Below, piece by piece: positions 1 through 11,752 of a stretch of 64,000 bases of DNA. The stretch lies in NCBI GenBank assembly GCA_964057225.1, contig OZ059898.1, forward strand, positions 11,408,001 through 11,472,000, written 5' to 3'. The notes beneath the pieces were generated by a model. The model was not told where the DNA came from. It worked only from the letters and a program-made list of their open reading frames with translations, and did no database searches. The stretch comes from Auanema rhodensis. Lineage: Eukaryota > Animalia > Nematoda. The first letter of the stretch is position 1, and every line of letters starts with the position of its first letter. Position numbers and translations under genes: made by a program.

Positions 1-3000
1 GAATATACTTTACACTTAAAGTGATAGACGCAATGATTTCGTACTTTTTGGAATAAGATCAAATGGGATCATAAAATTGATTTCTCATGCAAAATATTCG
101 CAGTCAGCAGGATTCGAACCTACGCGGGCAGAGCCCAATTGATTTCTAGTCAATCTCCTTAACCACTCGGACATGACTGCTTGTATAAGGAATATACTTT
201 ACAGTTAAAGTGATAGACGCAATGATCTCGTACTTTTTGGAATAAGATCAAATGGGATCATAAAATTGATTTCTCATGCAAAATATTCGCAGTCAGCAGG
301 ATTCGAACCTACGCGGGCAGAGCCCAATTGATTTCTAGTCAATCTCCTTAACCACTCGGACATGACTGCTTGTAAAAGGAATATACTTTACAGTTAAAGT
401 GATAGACGCAATGATCTCGTACTTTTTGGAATAAGATCAAAAGGGATCATAAAATTGATTTCTCATGCAAAATATTCGCAGTCAGCAGGATTCGAACCTA
501 CGCGGGCAGAGCCCAATTGATTTCTAGTCAATCTCCTTAACCACTCGGACATGACTGCTTGTAAAAGGAATATACTTTACACTTAAAGTGATAGACGCAA
601 TGATTTCGTACATATAGGAATTAGATCAAAAGGGATCATAAAATTGATTTCTCATGCAAAATATTCGCAGTCAGCAGGATTCGAACCTACGCGGGCAGAG
701 CCCAATTGATTTCTAGTCAATCTCCTTAACCACTCGGACATGACTGCTTGTAAAAGGAATATACTTTACACTTAAAGTGATAGACGCAATGATTTCGTAC
801 ATATAGGAATTAGATCAAAAGGGATCATAAAATTGATTTCTCATGCAAAATATTCGCAGTCAGCTAGATTCGAACCTACGCGGGCAGAGCCCAATTGATT
901 TCTAGTCAATCTCCTTAACCACTCGGACATGACTGCTTGTATAAGGAATATACTTTACAGTTAAAGTGATAGACGCAATGATCTCGTACTTTTTGGAATA
1001 AGATCAAATGGGATCATAAAATTGATTTCTCATGCAAAATATTCGCAGTCAGCAGGATTCGAACCTACGCGGGCAGAGCCCAATTGATTTCTAGTCAATC
1101 TCCTTAACCACTCGGACATGACTGCTTGTAAAAGGAATATACTTTACAGTTAATGTGATAGACGCAATGATCTCGTACTTTTTGGAATAAGATCAAAAGG
1201 GATCATAAAATTGATTTCTCATGCAAAATATTCGCAGTCAGCAGGATTCGAACCTACGCGGGCAGAGCCCAATTGATTTCTAGTCAATCTCCTTAACCAC
1301 TCGGACATGACTGCTTGTAAAAGGAATATACTTTACACTTAAAGTGATAGACGCAATGATTTCCTACATATAGGAATTAGATCAGAAAGCATCAAAAAAT
1401 TGATTTCTCATGCAAAATATTCGCAGTCAGCAGGATTCGAACCTACGCGGGCAGAGCCCAATTGATTTCTAGTCAATCTCCTTAACCACTCGGACATGAC
1501 TGCTTGTAAAAGGAATATACTTTACACTTAAAGTGATAGATGCAATGATTTCGTACATATAGGAATTAGATCAGAAAGCATCAAAAAATTGATTTCTCAT
1601 GCAAAATATTCGCAGTCAGCAGGATTCGAACCTACGCGGGCAGAGCCCAATTGATTTCTAGTCAATCTCCTTAACCACTCGGACATGACTGCTTGTAAAA
1701 GGAATATACTTTACAGTTAAAGTGATAGACGCAATGATCTCGTACTTTTTGGAATAAGATCAAAAGGGATCATAAAATTGATTTCTCATGCAAAATATTC
1801 GCAGTCAGCAGGATTCGAACCTACGCGGGCAGAGCCCAATTGATTTCTAGTCAATCTCCTTAACCACTCGGACATGACTGCTTGTAAAAGTAATATACTT
1901 TACAGTTCAAGTGATAGACGCAATGATCTCGTACTTTTTGGAATAAGATCAAATGGGATCAAAAAATTGATTTCTCATGCAAAATATTCGCAGTCAGCAG
2001 GATTCGAACCTACGCGGGCAGAGCCCAATTGATTTCTAGTCAATCTCCTTAACCACTCGGACATGACTGCTTGTATAAGGAATATACTTTACAGTTAAAG
2101 TGATAGACGCAATGATCTCGTACTTTTTGGAATAAGATCAAAAGGGATCATAAAATTGATTTCTCATGCAAAATATTCGCAGTCAGCAGGATTCGAACCT
2201 ACGCGGGCAGAGCCCAATTGATTTCTAGTCAATCTCCTTAACCACTCGGACATGACTGCTTGTAAAAGTAATATACTTTACAGTTCAAGTGATAGACGCA
2301 ATGATCTCGTACTTTTTGGAATAAGATCAAATGGGATCAAAAAATTGATTTCTCATGCAAAATATTCGCAGTCAGCAGGATTCGAACCTACGCGGGCAGA
2401 GCCCAATTGATTTCTAGTCAATCTCCTTAACCACTCGGACATGACTGCTTGTATAAGGAATATACTTTACACTTAAAGTGATAGACGCAATGATTTCGTA
2501 CTTTTTGGAATAAGATCAAATGGGATCATAAAATTGATTTCTCATGCAAAATATTCGCAGTCAGCAGGATTCGAACCTACGCGGGCAGAGCCCAATTGAT
2601 TTCTAGTCAATCTCCTTAACCACTCGGACATGACTGCTTGTATAAGGAATATACTTTACAGTTAAAGTGATAGACGCAATGATCTCGTACTTTTTGGAAT
2701 AAGATCAAATGGGATCATAAAATTGATTTCTCATGCAAAATATTCGCAGTCAGCAGGATTCGAACCTACGCGGGCAGAGCCCAATTGATTTCTAGTCAAT
2801 CTCCTTAACCACTCGGACATGACTGCTTGTAAAAGGAATATACTTTACAGTTAAAGTGATAGACGCAATGATCTCGTACTTTTTGGAATAAGATCAAAAG
2901 GGATCATAAAATTGATTTCTCATGCAAAATATTCGCAGTCAGCAGGATTCGAACCTACGCGGGCAGAGCCCAATTGATTTCTAGTCAATCTCCTTAACCA

Positions 3001-6000
3001 CTCGGACATGACTGCTTGTAAAAGGAATATACTTTACACTTGAAGTGATAGACGCAATGATTTCGTACATATAGGAATTAGATCAAAAGGGATCATAAAA
3101 TTGATTTCTCATGCAAAATATTCGCAGTCAGCAGGATTCGAACCTACGCGGGCAGAGCCCAATTGATTTCTAGTCAATCTCCTTAACCACTCGGACATGA
3201 CTGCTTGTAAAAGGAATATACTTTACACTTAAAGTGATAGACGCAATGATTTCGTACATATAGGAATTAGATCAAAAGGGATCATAAAATTGATTTCTCA
3301 TGCAAAATATTCGCAGTCAGCTAGATTCGAACCTACGCGGGCAGAGCCCAATTGATTTCTAGTCAATCTCCTTAACCACTCGGACATGACTGCTTGTATA
3401 AGGAATATACTTTACAGTTAAAGTGATAGACGCAATGATCTCGTACTTTTTGGAATAAGATCAAATGGGATCATAAAATTGATTTCTCATGCAAAATATT
3501 CGCAGTCAGCAGGATTCGAACCTACGCGGGCAGAGCCCAATTGATTTCTAGTCAATCTCCTTAACCACTCGGACATGACTGCTTGTAAAAGGAATATACT
3601 TTACAGTTAATGTGATAGACGCAATGATCTCGTACTTTTTGGAATAAGATCAAAAGGGATCATAAAATTGATTTCTCATGCAAAATATTCGCAGTCAGCA
3701 GGATTCGAACCTACGCGGGCAGAGCCCAATTGATTTCTAGTCAATCTCCTTAACCACTCGGACATGACTGCTTGTAAAAGGAATATACTTTACACTTAAA
3801 GTGATAGACGCAATGATTTCGTACATATAGGAATTAGATCAGAAAGCATCAAAAAATTGATTTCTCATGCAAAATATTCGCAGTCAGCAGGATTCGAACC
3901 TACGCGGGCAGAGCCCAATTGATTTCTAGTCAATCTCCTTAACCACTCGGACATGACTGCTTGTAAAAGGAATATACTTTACACTTAAAGTGATAGACGC
4001 AATGATTTCGTACATATAGGAATTAGATCAAAAGGGATCATAAAATTGATTTCTCATGCAAAATATTCGCAGTCAGCAGGATTCGAACCTACGCGGGCAG
4101 AGCCCAATTGATTTCTAGTCAATCTCCTTAACCACTCGGACATGACTGCTTGTAAAAGGAATATACTTTACAGTTAAAGTGATAGACGCAATGATCTCGT
4201 ACTTTTTGGAATAAGATCAAAAGGGATCATAAAATTGATTTCTCATGCAAAATATTCGCAGTCAGCAGGATTCGAACCTACGCGGGCAGAGCCCAATTGA
4301 TTTCTAGTCAATCTCCTTAACCACTCGGACATGACTGCTTGTAAAAGGAATATACTTTACAGTTAAAGTGATAGACGCAATGATCTCGTACTTTTTGGAA
4401 TAAGATCAAATGGGATCATAAAATTGATTTCTCATGCAAAATATTCGCTGTCAGCAGGATTCGAACCTACGCGGGCAGAGCCCAATTGATTTCTAGTCAA
4501 TCTCCTTAACCACTCGGACATGACTGCTTGTAAAAGGAATATACTTTACACTTGAAGTGATAGACGCAATGAATTCGTACATATAGGAATTAGATCAAAA
4601 AGCATCAAAAAATTGATTTCTCATGCAAAATATTCGCAGTCAGCAGGATTCGAACCTACGCGGGCAGAGCCCAATTGATTTCTAGTCAATCTCCTTAACC
4701 ACTCGGACATGACTGCTTGTATAAGGAATATACTTTACAGTTAAAGTGATAGACGCAATGATCTCGTACTTTTTGGAATAAGATCAAATGGGATCATAAA
4801 ATTGATTTCTCATGCAAAATATTCGCAGTCAGCAGGATTCGAACCTACGCGGGCAGAGCCCAATTGATTTCTAGTCAATCTCCTTAACCACTCGGACATG
4901 ACTGCTTGTAAAAGGAATATACTTTACACTTAAAGTGATAGACGCAATGATTTCGTACATATAGGAATTAGATCAAAAGGGATCATAAAATTGATTTCTC
5001 ATGCAAAATATTCGCAGTCAGCAGGATTCGAACCTACGCGGGCAGAGCCCAATTGATTTCTAGTCAATCTCCTTAACCACTCGGACATGACTGCTTGTAA
5101 AAGGAATATACTTTACACTTAAAGTGATAGACGCAATGATTTCGTACATATAGGAATTAGATCAGAAAGCATCAAAAAATTGATTTCTCATGCAAAATAT
5201 TCGCAGTCAGCAGGATTCGAACCTACGCGGGCAGAGCCCAATTGATTTCTAGTCAATCTCCTTAACCACTCGGACATGACTGCTTGTAAAAGGAATATAC
5301 TTTACAGTTAAAGTGATGGACGCAATGATCTCGTACTTTTTGGAATAAGATCAAAAGGGATCATAAAATTGATTTCTCATGCAAAATATTCGCAGTCAGC
5401 AGGATTCGAACCTACGCGGGCAGAGCCCAATTGATTTCTAGTCAATCTCCTTAACCACTCGGACATGACTGCTTGTAAAAGGAATATACTTTACAGTTAA
5501 AGTGATAGACGCAATGATCTCGTACTTTTTGGAATAAGATCAAAAGGGATCATAAAATTGATTTCTCATGCAAAATATTCGCAGTCAGCAGGATTCGAAC
5601 CTACGCGGGCAGAGCCCAATTGATTTCTAGTCAATCTCCTTAACCACTCGGACATGACTGCTTGTAAAAGGAATATACTTTACAGTTAAAGTGATAGACG
5701 CAATGATCTCGTACTTTTTGGAATAAGATCAAATGGGATCAAAAAATTGATTTGTCATGCAAAATATTCGCAGTCAGCAGGATTCGAACCTACGCGGGCA
5801 GAGCCCAATTGATTTCTAGTCAATCTCCTTAACCACTCGGACATGACTGCTTGTAGAAGGAATATACTGTAAAGTTAAAGTGATAGACGCAATGATCTCG
5901 TACTTTTTGGAATAAGATCAAATGGGATCAAAAAATTGATTTGTCATGCAAAATATTCGCAGTCAGCAGGATTCGAACCTACGCGGGCAGAGCCCAATTG

Positions 6001-7568
6001 ATTTCTAGTCAATCTCCTTAACCACTCGGACATGACTGCTTGTAGAAGGAATATACTTTACAGTTGAAGTGATAGACGCAATGATTTCGTACATATTTGA
6101 ATTAGATCAAAAAGCATCAAAAAATTGATTTCTCATGCAAAATATTCGCAGTCAGCAGGATTCGAACCTACGCGGGCAGAGCCCAATTGATTTCTAGTCA
6201 ATCTCCTTAACCACTCGGACATGACTGCTTGTAGAAGGAATATACTGTAAAGTTAAAGTGATAGACGCAATGATCTCGTACTTTTTGGAATAAGATCAAA
6301 TGGGATCAAAAAATTGATTTCTCATGCAAAATATTCGCAGTCAGCAGGATTCGAACCTACGCGGGCAGAGCCCAATTGATTTCTAGTCAATCTCCTTAAC
6401 CACTCGGACATGACTGCTTGTAGAAGGAATATACTTTACAGTTAAAGTGATAGACGCAATGATCTCGTACTTTTTGGAATAAGATCAAAAGGGATCAAAA
6501 AATTGATTTCTCATGCAAAATATTCGCAGTCAGCAGGATTCGAACCTACGCGGGCAGAGCCCAATTGATTTCTAGTCAATCTCCTTAACCACTCGGACAT
6601 GACTGCTTGTAGAAGGAATATACTTTACAGTTAAAGTGATAGACGCAATGATCTCGTACTTTTTGGAATAAGATCAAAAGGGATCAAAAAATTGATTTCT
6701 CATGCAAAATATTCGCAGTCAGCAGGATTCGAACCTACGCGGGCAGAGCCCAATTGATTTCTAGTCAATCTCCTTAACCACTCGGACATGACTGCTTGTA
6801 GAATGAATACACTTTACAGTTAAAGTGATTGACGCAATGATCTCGTACTTTTTGGAATAAGATCAAAAGGGATCAAAAAATTGATTTCTCATGCAAAATA
6901 TTCGCAGTCAGCAGGATTCGAACCTACGCGGGCAGAGCCCAATTGATTTCTAGTCAATCTCCTTAACCACTCGGGCATGACTGCTTGTAGAAGGAATATA
7001 CTTTACAGTTAAAGTGATAGACGCAATGATCTCGTACTTTTTGGAATAAGATCAAAAGGGATCAAAAAATTGATTTCTCATGCAAAATATTCGCAGTCAG
7101 CAGGATTCGAACCTACGCGGGCAGAGCCCAATTGATTTCTAGTCAATCTCCTTAACCACTCGGACATGACTGCTTGTAGAAGGAATATACTTTACAGTTA
7201 AAGTGATAGACGCAATGATCTCGTACTTTTTGGAATAAGATCAAAAGGGATCAAAAAATTGATTTCTGATGCAAAATATTCGCAGTCAGCAGGATTCGAA
7301 CCTATGCGGGCAGAGCCCAATTGATTTCTAGTCAATCTCCTTAACCACTCGGACATGACTGCTTGTAAAAGGAATATACTTTACAGTTAATGTGATAGAC
7401 GCAATGATCTCGTACTTTTTGGAATAAGATCAAAAGGGATCATAAAATTGATTTCTCATGCAAAATATTCGCAGTCAGCAGGATTCGAACCTACGCGGGC
7501 AGAGCCCAATTGATTTCTAGTCAATCTCCTTAACCACTCGGACATGACTGCTTGTAAAAGGAATATAC
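1..7568 (-). tRNA. Tandem array of tRNA-Ser(AGA) genes, segment 1: 40 copies, 189-bp unit; array runs off the left edge
   Basis: Minus-strand unit contains the 82-nt GCAGTCATGTCCGAGTGGTTAAGGAGATTGACTAGAAATCAATTGGGCTCTGCCCGCGTAGGTTCGAATCCTGCTGACTGCG, with a long variable arm and AGA anticodon. Copies start at 99, 288, 477 and so on; the last ends at 7551. A TTTT Pol III terminator lies about 5 nt downstream. Confidence 0.97.
99..180 (-). tRNA. tRNA-Ser(AGA), first complete copy, shown as representative
   Basis: Cloverleaf with acceptor GCAGTCA/TGACTGC, A box TGTCCGAGTGG, B box GGTTCGAATCC and anticodon loop CTAGAAA. Confidence 0.97.
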
Positions 7569-7934
7569 CGTTCCATTCGGAGACTCTATATATGTAACTG
7601 CAGGGTTAGAGCCAGACCGACTAGAGGAATGAGGAATGGCACCGCCTACCCTCATGCCCCTATTCGGGAGTTCGCCCCTTTGCAAGCCCATGGACGGTTT
7701 GCATCTAACTTAGTTAATCTTATATATTAGTCTTTGTCTTGTAAATGTAGTTTACTTTATACTTGTGTTATTGGATTGTAATGATATTGTATTGTGTATA
7801 ATAAACCTATATATTTCCTTATCTTATGTAATCCTTATGCTCTGTTTCCATACCGCTACACTTATGGAATACTATACGCGTAGTTGAGCAGACTACAATG
7901 GTCTGTTCAATATACGTAGGAGCATAATGGAACG
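7569..7934 (+). repeat. 5' LTR of element 1
   Basis: Begins CGTTCCATT and ends AATGGAACG (9-bp inverted termini). AATAAA near 7800. About 8 substitutions versus the 3' LTR by eye. Confidence 0.97.
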
Positions 7935-7955
7935 TGGAGGTTCCACCTCGAACTC
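7935..7955 (+). promoter_or_regulatory. Primer binding site complementary to the tRNA-Gln 3' end
   Basis: TGGAGGTTCCACC is the reverse complement of GGTGGAACCTCCA (tRNA-Gln 3' end, recalled sequence). It is followed by TCGAACTC, complementary to the T-loop region. Confidence 0.85.
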
Positions 7956-8196
7956 ATTTTTGTCGCAAAAACTCGCATAAAAAGTCCATATTTTGATATC
8001 TAAATTAAAACTTCCTCCACGGTTAGCAACATAATGAGGGCGCCAACTTGTATAAGGTGCAGGTACAAGGGATCTCTCTTTTAGAGAGCTAGGACTATAT
8101 AATTTTGAAATTTCACCCGCTGTCCCCACTCATAAAACCGTCTGAGTGTCCACCCTTATAATACCGTATCCTGCACCGCTTCTCTTGCATTTTTTT

Positions 8197-8546
8197 TGAG
8201 GACGTTTGGATCGAAATAGGGGACAATTTCACCAAACGAAATTTTGATTACATTATTATTTGGCAACGAGGAGTTAGAATGAAATTTTGAAAGCGCACAA
8301 AGTTTAATATTTTATTGTGGTCAGGACTAGAGATTTGAAAGTTAAATTCAGGCGTAAAAGAGCATGCTAACTAAATATTTTTGCGGGAGCCGTTATTCGG
8401 TTTTTATTTTTTTTTTTTTGATTGTGAGAATAGACCACACTAGTCCGAAAAATCCTGGCACAAATTTTATTGCCTGTCAGGTCATTTTGGCGAAAGCACA
8501 TGGGCCACGGATGTTTTCTTCTCCGTAGAATGTGTCACCTTCCTCA
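8197..8546 (+). ncRNA. Conserved structured cis-RNA in the 5' leader with a pseudoknot; function unknown
   Basis: TGAGGA/TCCTCA closing stem. Interleaved stems GTGGTC/GACCAC and GGACTAG/CTAGTCC. Homologues with compensatory changes at 29224-29678 (+) and 45829-46214 (-). Confidence 0.65.
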
Positions 8547-8922
8547 GCTCATTTTTGTTGCTAACATCATAAGATATTCCCACACACCTACCGTAGTCTT
8601 CATATTGTAATATTCTATAAATTAGTAAAATGGTTTAAAGAAAAAAAAAAAATTGCGTTTTATAAACGAGCTTTGGTCTCAGTCCATTAGTAAAATGAGC
8701 AATCTTTTTAAATATTCTCGGAATCTCATTAGCATGCCAAAATCATTCCGGAAAAGAATCGCCCACGGCTTTTAATAATCAACGTGCACATGAGCCATTT
8801 TCCCAAGGCGCACGCACTCCTTCTTTATTAATAAGCTCGACCAAAGTTTGTGTTATGGAAAAAAAAAAAGAGAGAGAGAACAAATGAGTGAAATTAAGTA
8901 TTTATTATATATAAAACAATTG

Positions 8923-9523
8923 TTAAAAGCCCCATTTAAAATGCAACTGTCTCACAAATTCTATAGGCTGTGAGATGGGCTCATTGCTAGGCTCTAAATA
9001 CTGCGAATACTCTGAATCCGCAGAGGTCCTTAGCAATAAGCCCATAGGAGACTGTTCATAAAACAAATAAATTTTAAACAAAATTTTAGACATATAATCA
9101 TAAAAATCATGAGGCTTATGCTCATACCAATTCCAAGGGGATGCGATTAAATTGGGGTTTCCATACCAATGCGCGCACAAATCGGTGAGGCACCATCGCC
9201 CAATAGCTGCAACCTCATCCGCTATTTCTTGCATTAGGGAGAAATTCACTAATCCCCTCCCCAGATAATGCATTTTTAAATCCTCGATAAACTAAAATTT
9301 TTTTTTTATTATTAATATAACATGTTTCTTTGCTTTAACCAACCATCTTAATCATGTCTGGGTGAGGCCTATAAGCTAACACTTCGTCTTGATCATACAA
9401 GACGAGGTCAGCGTACAGCTTTCTCAAGACAAAAGTCATTCCCGATAGACCTTCATAAGCCATTCTTTGATTATTTTTTTTTCTTTCTTCTTCAGCTCTA
9501 CAAATATAAAGAATCTTATGCAT
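8923..9523 (-). CDS. Putative two-exon antisense accessory gene of element 1 (~182 aa, unknown function)
   Basis: Exon 9523-9344, 52-nt intron GTTGGT...TTTTAG (9343-9292), then exon 9291-8923 joining in frame (..MIKM|FIEDLKMHYL..). AATAAA about 17 nt after the stop. TTTTCAG acceptor just upstream of the ATG. Confidence 0.6.
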
Positions 9524-9883
9524 AAAAAGGGGACATAAAACGACTGAAAATCTCTCTCATATTTTCAAGAATTCAATTAGAGTAAAGTATTAAGATTGAG
9601 GCTGGAAAGAGCGAAGACCAACAAAATTTATAATTGATGAACATCTGTGAAAAAGAATAAAGAAAAGAGAATACGGTAGATAGGCGGAGCCAGATCTCAG
9701 GCCAAGATTTTAAAACTCTTTCTCATCTAATAACGATTCTCGGCGAAAGACGCCACGTCTCAATCTTCAAACTTTTCTTACTTTTCCCTATAACCGACCT
9801 GAATTTCTTGTCACTCATTCAACGTCAACATCCCCCATATAACGAAACACTCGCGGTTTTTCCAAACCAAGAGTGATTCCAAA

Positions 9884-11710
9884 GTGGCACGAAGATACTC
9901 TTCGGCCGTCCCTGCTCTATACCCTTCTGAGTCCAGTGACGACATCGCAGTCGCCAGTCGAACCAGAAGCCGCACTCGACTCCTCAGTGTTCAGATTGAA
10001 GAGCCTGAACAAGAGGTAAAACCCAAAGTCGAGAAAACCTTCATTCCTCGAGAAGGCACGTATTCACCTCCGGACAACACCGAGGAGGACCCTGATTTCT
10101 ATATTCAGGACTACAATATTCAAACTTCAGCTTCAACTCCAAAGGTACACTCTTTTAAAAGTAATAAAAAGATTCAAAAAATTCAAAAACCAAAACAAAT
10201 AACCTCTAATACTTCACCAGCCACTCCCCACCTAAACTTATCAACTTTATCAGTTAATACTGATAACGATCTTGCATCTTCTTTTGAACTAACTCTAACA
10301 CCGCAGGCATTTTCCACTCCGATAGAAAACTCACAACTTAATAAAACCTCATCTCTCACTATTCGCAAATCACCCTTATCAGTTATCACTGATAAGCTTG
10401 ATTCGAAAAAGCTTGATTCTAAAAAAATTAATAAAAGAAAAACTAATACACCGCGTAGGCGCTCAACCTCTAATAATCCCGTAGAACCAAATCAGGAAAT
10501 TACCGAAGTTTTGCCCTTATCACTAACTACTGATAAGTTCAAAAGTAAGAAATCTTTAACAGCTCGCTTAATAAAAGTTTTGAATTTGTCTCCAGGGGAG
10601 GTAACAACAGAACAAGTTGATAACTCTCTTCACGTATCCTCCAACCCGACCCTTAATAAGTCAGATAGCGCTATACCCAGCTCAAGCGTATCAATACATT
10701 CGACGCCTCAGGCAACGAGTCGAATTATCAAACTCCCAGGGAAGCGGTTCTCCTCAGCCGCCCCTACCATTAGTTATCCAACATCTGGTAACTCGAAAAA
10801 GGGAGGTAAGAATTTAACGGCGAGAAGCTCAGGCAGTAAAGGGATTACGTCATCTCGCACATACCCTGAGGATATACCAACCATGACGGAGACACCACGT
10901 CTTCCGGGAGCTGGTAAATCTACCATTGCGCACGCATTAAGCTCACCTTATTGCCCCATATACGACGGAAGTCGTAACTTTAGAGATTTCGTGGCAAAGT
11001 TTAATACCTTTTCTAACGCCTTAGGCTTAGTGATGCCCGAAAGACTAACTATTTTACCATTACTATTGAAAAATGATAGAGCAGAGGAAGCTTATTTAGA
11101 GCTACCTGACAAGGTCAGAACAGCTGGACCTTGGGTTACCCTAATAGAAGAGTTAACATCCAAGCTGTGTCCCGAATACAATCAAGACCCTGCCCTTATC
11201 ACACTTCAAAACAGCACTCAAGGCGATTTATCAATTGATGGTTTTGCACAAACGTTAAGAAACCTCAGCTTAAATGCTTTCTCTAATAGTGATACTCATA
11301 AAGATCACATTCTGAGGTCCACATTTTTGAGAGGCTTGAAAAATACGATACGCCCAGGGGTAATTCGAGCAAAACCCAAAACTTTTGCTGAGGCTGTTGA
11401 TAGTGCTCGCTGGGAGGAATCAATTGCAAACCAAGTAGCAGACCCTCAGGCGCTATTGGTTAACGCAATTGAAAGAACTTTCCCCCCGCGCAGAAACAAT
11501 GGTGGGAGAGGTATGGCAAGAGGTTATCAATCTTTTAATAATAAAAATTATCAAAATTATAATAATTATAACAATTATCATCCAAACTTTCAAAACAATC
11601 AAAATTATCATAAATTTTCAAAAAATCAAAAAGGCTGGAATTTCCAAAACCCATTTGCTAGGAACCGCAATTTTGGTGACCGCGGTCGAAATTATCAGAA
11701 TCAAAATTAA
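9884..11710 (+). CDS. gag: Gag with long S/T/K-rich N-terminal extension, capsid-like domain and N/Q/Y/RG-rich C-terminus; no CCHC knuckle
   Basis: Retrotransposon CA motifs PIYDGSRNFRDF..F, Q-G-x-S-I..F...L..L...AF and FLRGL..IR..V....PKTF.EAV..A..EE. Frame open from about 9803; first ATG only at 10883. Confidence 0.9.
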   Translation: MARRYSSAVPALYPSESSDDIAVASRTRSRTRLLSVQIEEPEQEVKPKVEKTFIPREGTYSPPDNTEEDPDFYIQDYNIQTSASTPKVHSFKSNKKIQKIQKPKQITSNTSPATPHLNLSTLSVNTDNDLASSFELTLTPQAFSTPIENSQLNKTSSLTIRKSPLSVITDKLDSKKLDSKKINKRKTNTPRRRSTSNNPVEPNQEITEVLPLSLTTDKFKSKKSLTARLIKVLNLSPGEVTTEQVDNSLHVSSNPTLNKSDSAIPSSSVSIHSTPQATSRIIKLPGKRFSSAAPTISYPTSGNSKKGGKNLTARSSGSKGITSSRTYPEDIPTMTETPRLPGAGKSTIAHALSSPYCPIYDGSRNFRDFVAKFNTFSNALGLVMPERLTILPLLLKNDRAEEAYLELPDKVRTAGPWVTLIEELTSKLCPEYNQDPALITLQNSTQGDLSIDGFAQTLRNLSLNAFSNSDTHKDHILRSTFLRGLKNTIRPGVIRAKPKTFAEAVDSARWEESIANQVADPQALLVNAIERTFPPRRNNGGRGMARGYQSFNNKNYQNYNNYNNYHPNFQNNQNYHKFSKNQKGWNFQNPFARNRNFGDRGRNYQNQN

Positions 11711-11752
11711 AATGGGTATCAAAGAAGCCATAATGCATCACAAAATCAAGAA

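Noticed and set aside
8317-8450. Group I intron core (GACTA/TAGTCC resembling P7, TGCGGGA resembling element P)
   Set aside because: Order and spacing do not fit P-Q-R-S: the P-like motif lies between the P7-like strands and there is no room for P4-P6. Kept only as an unknown fold.
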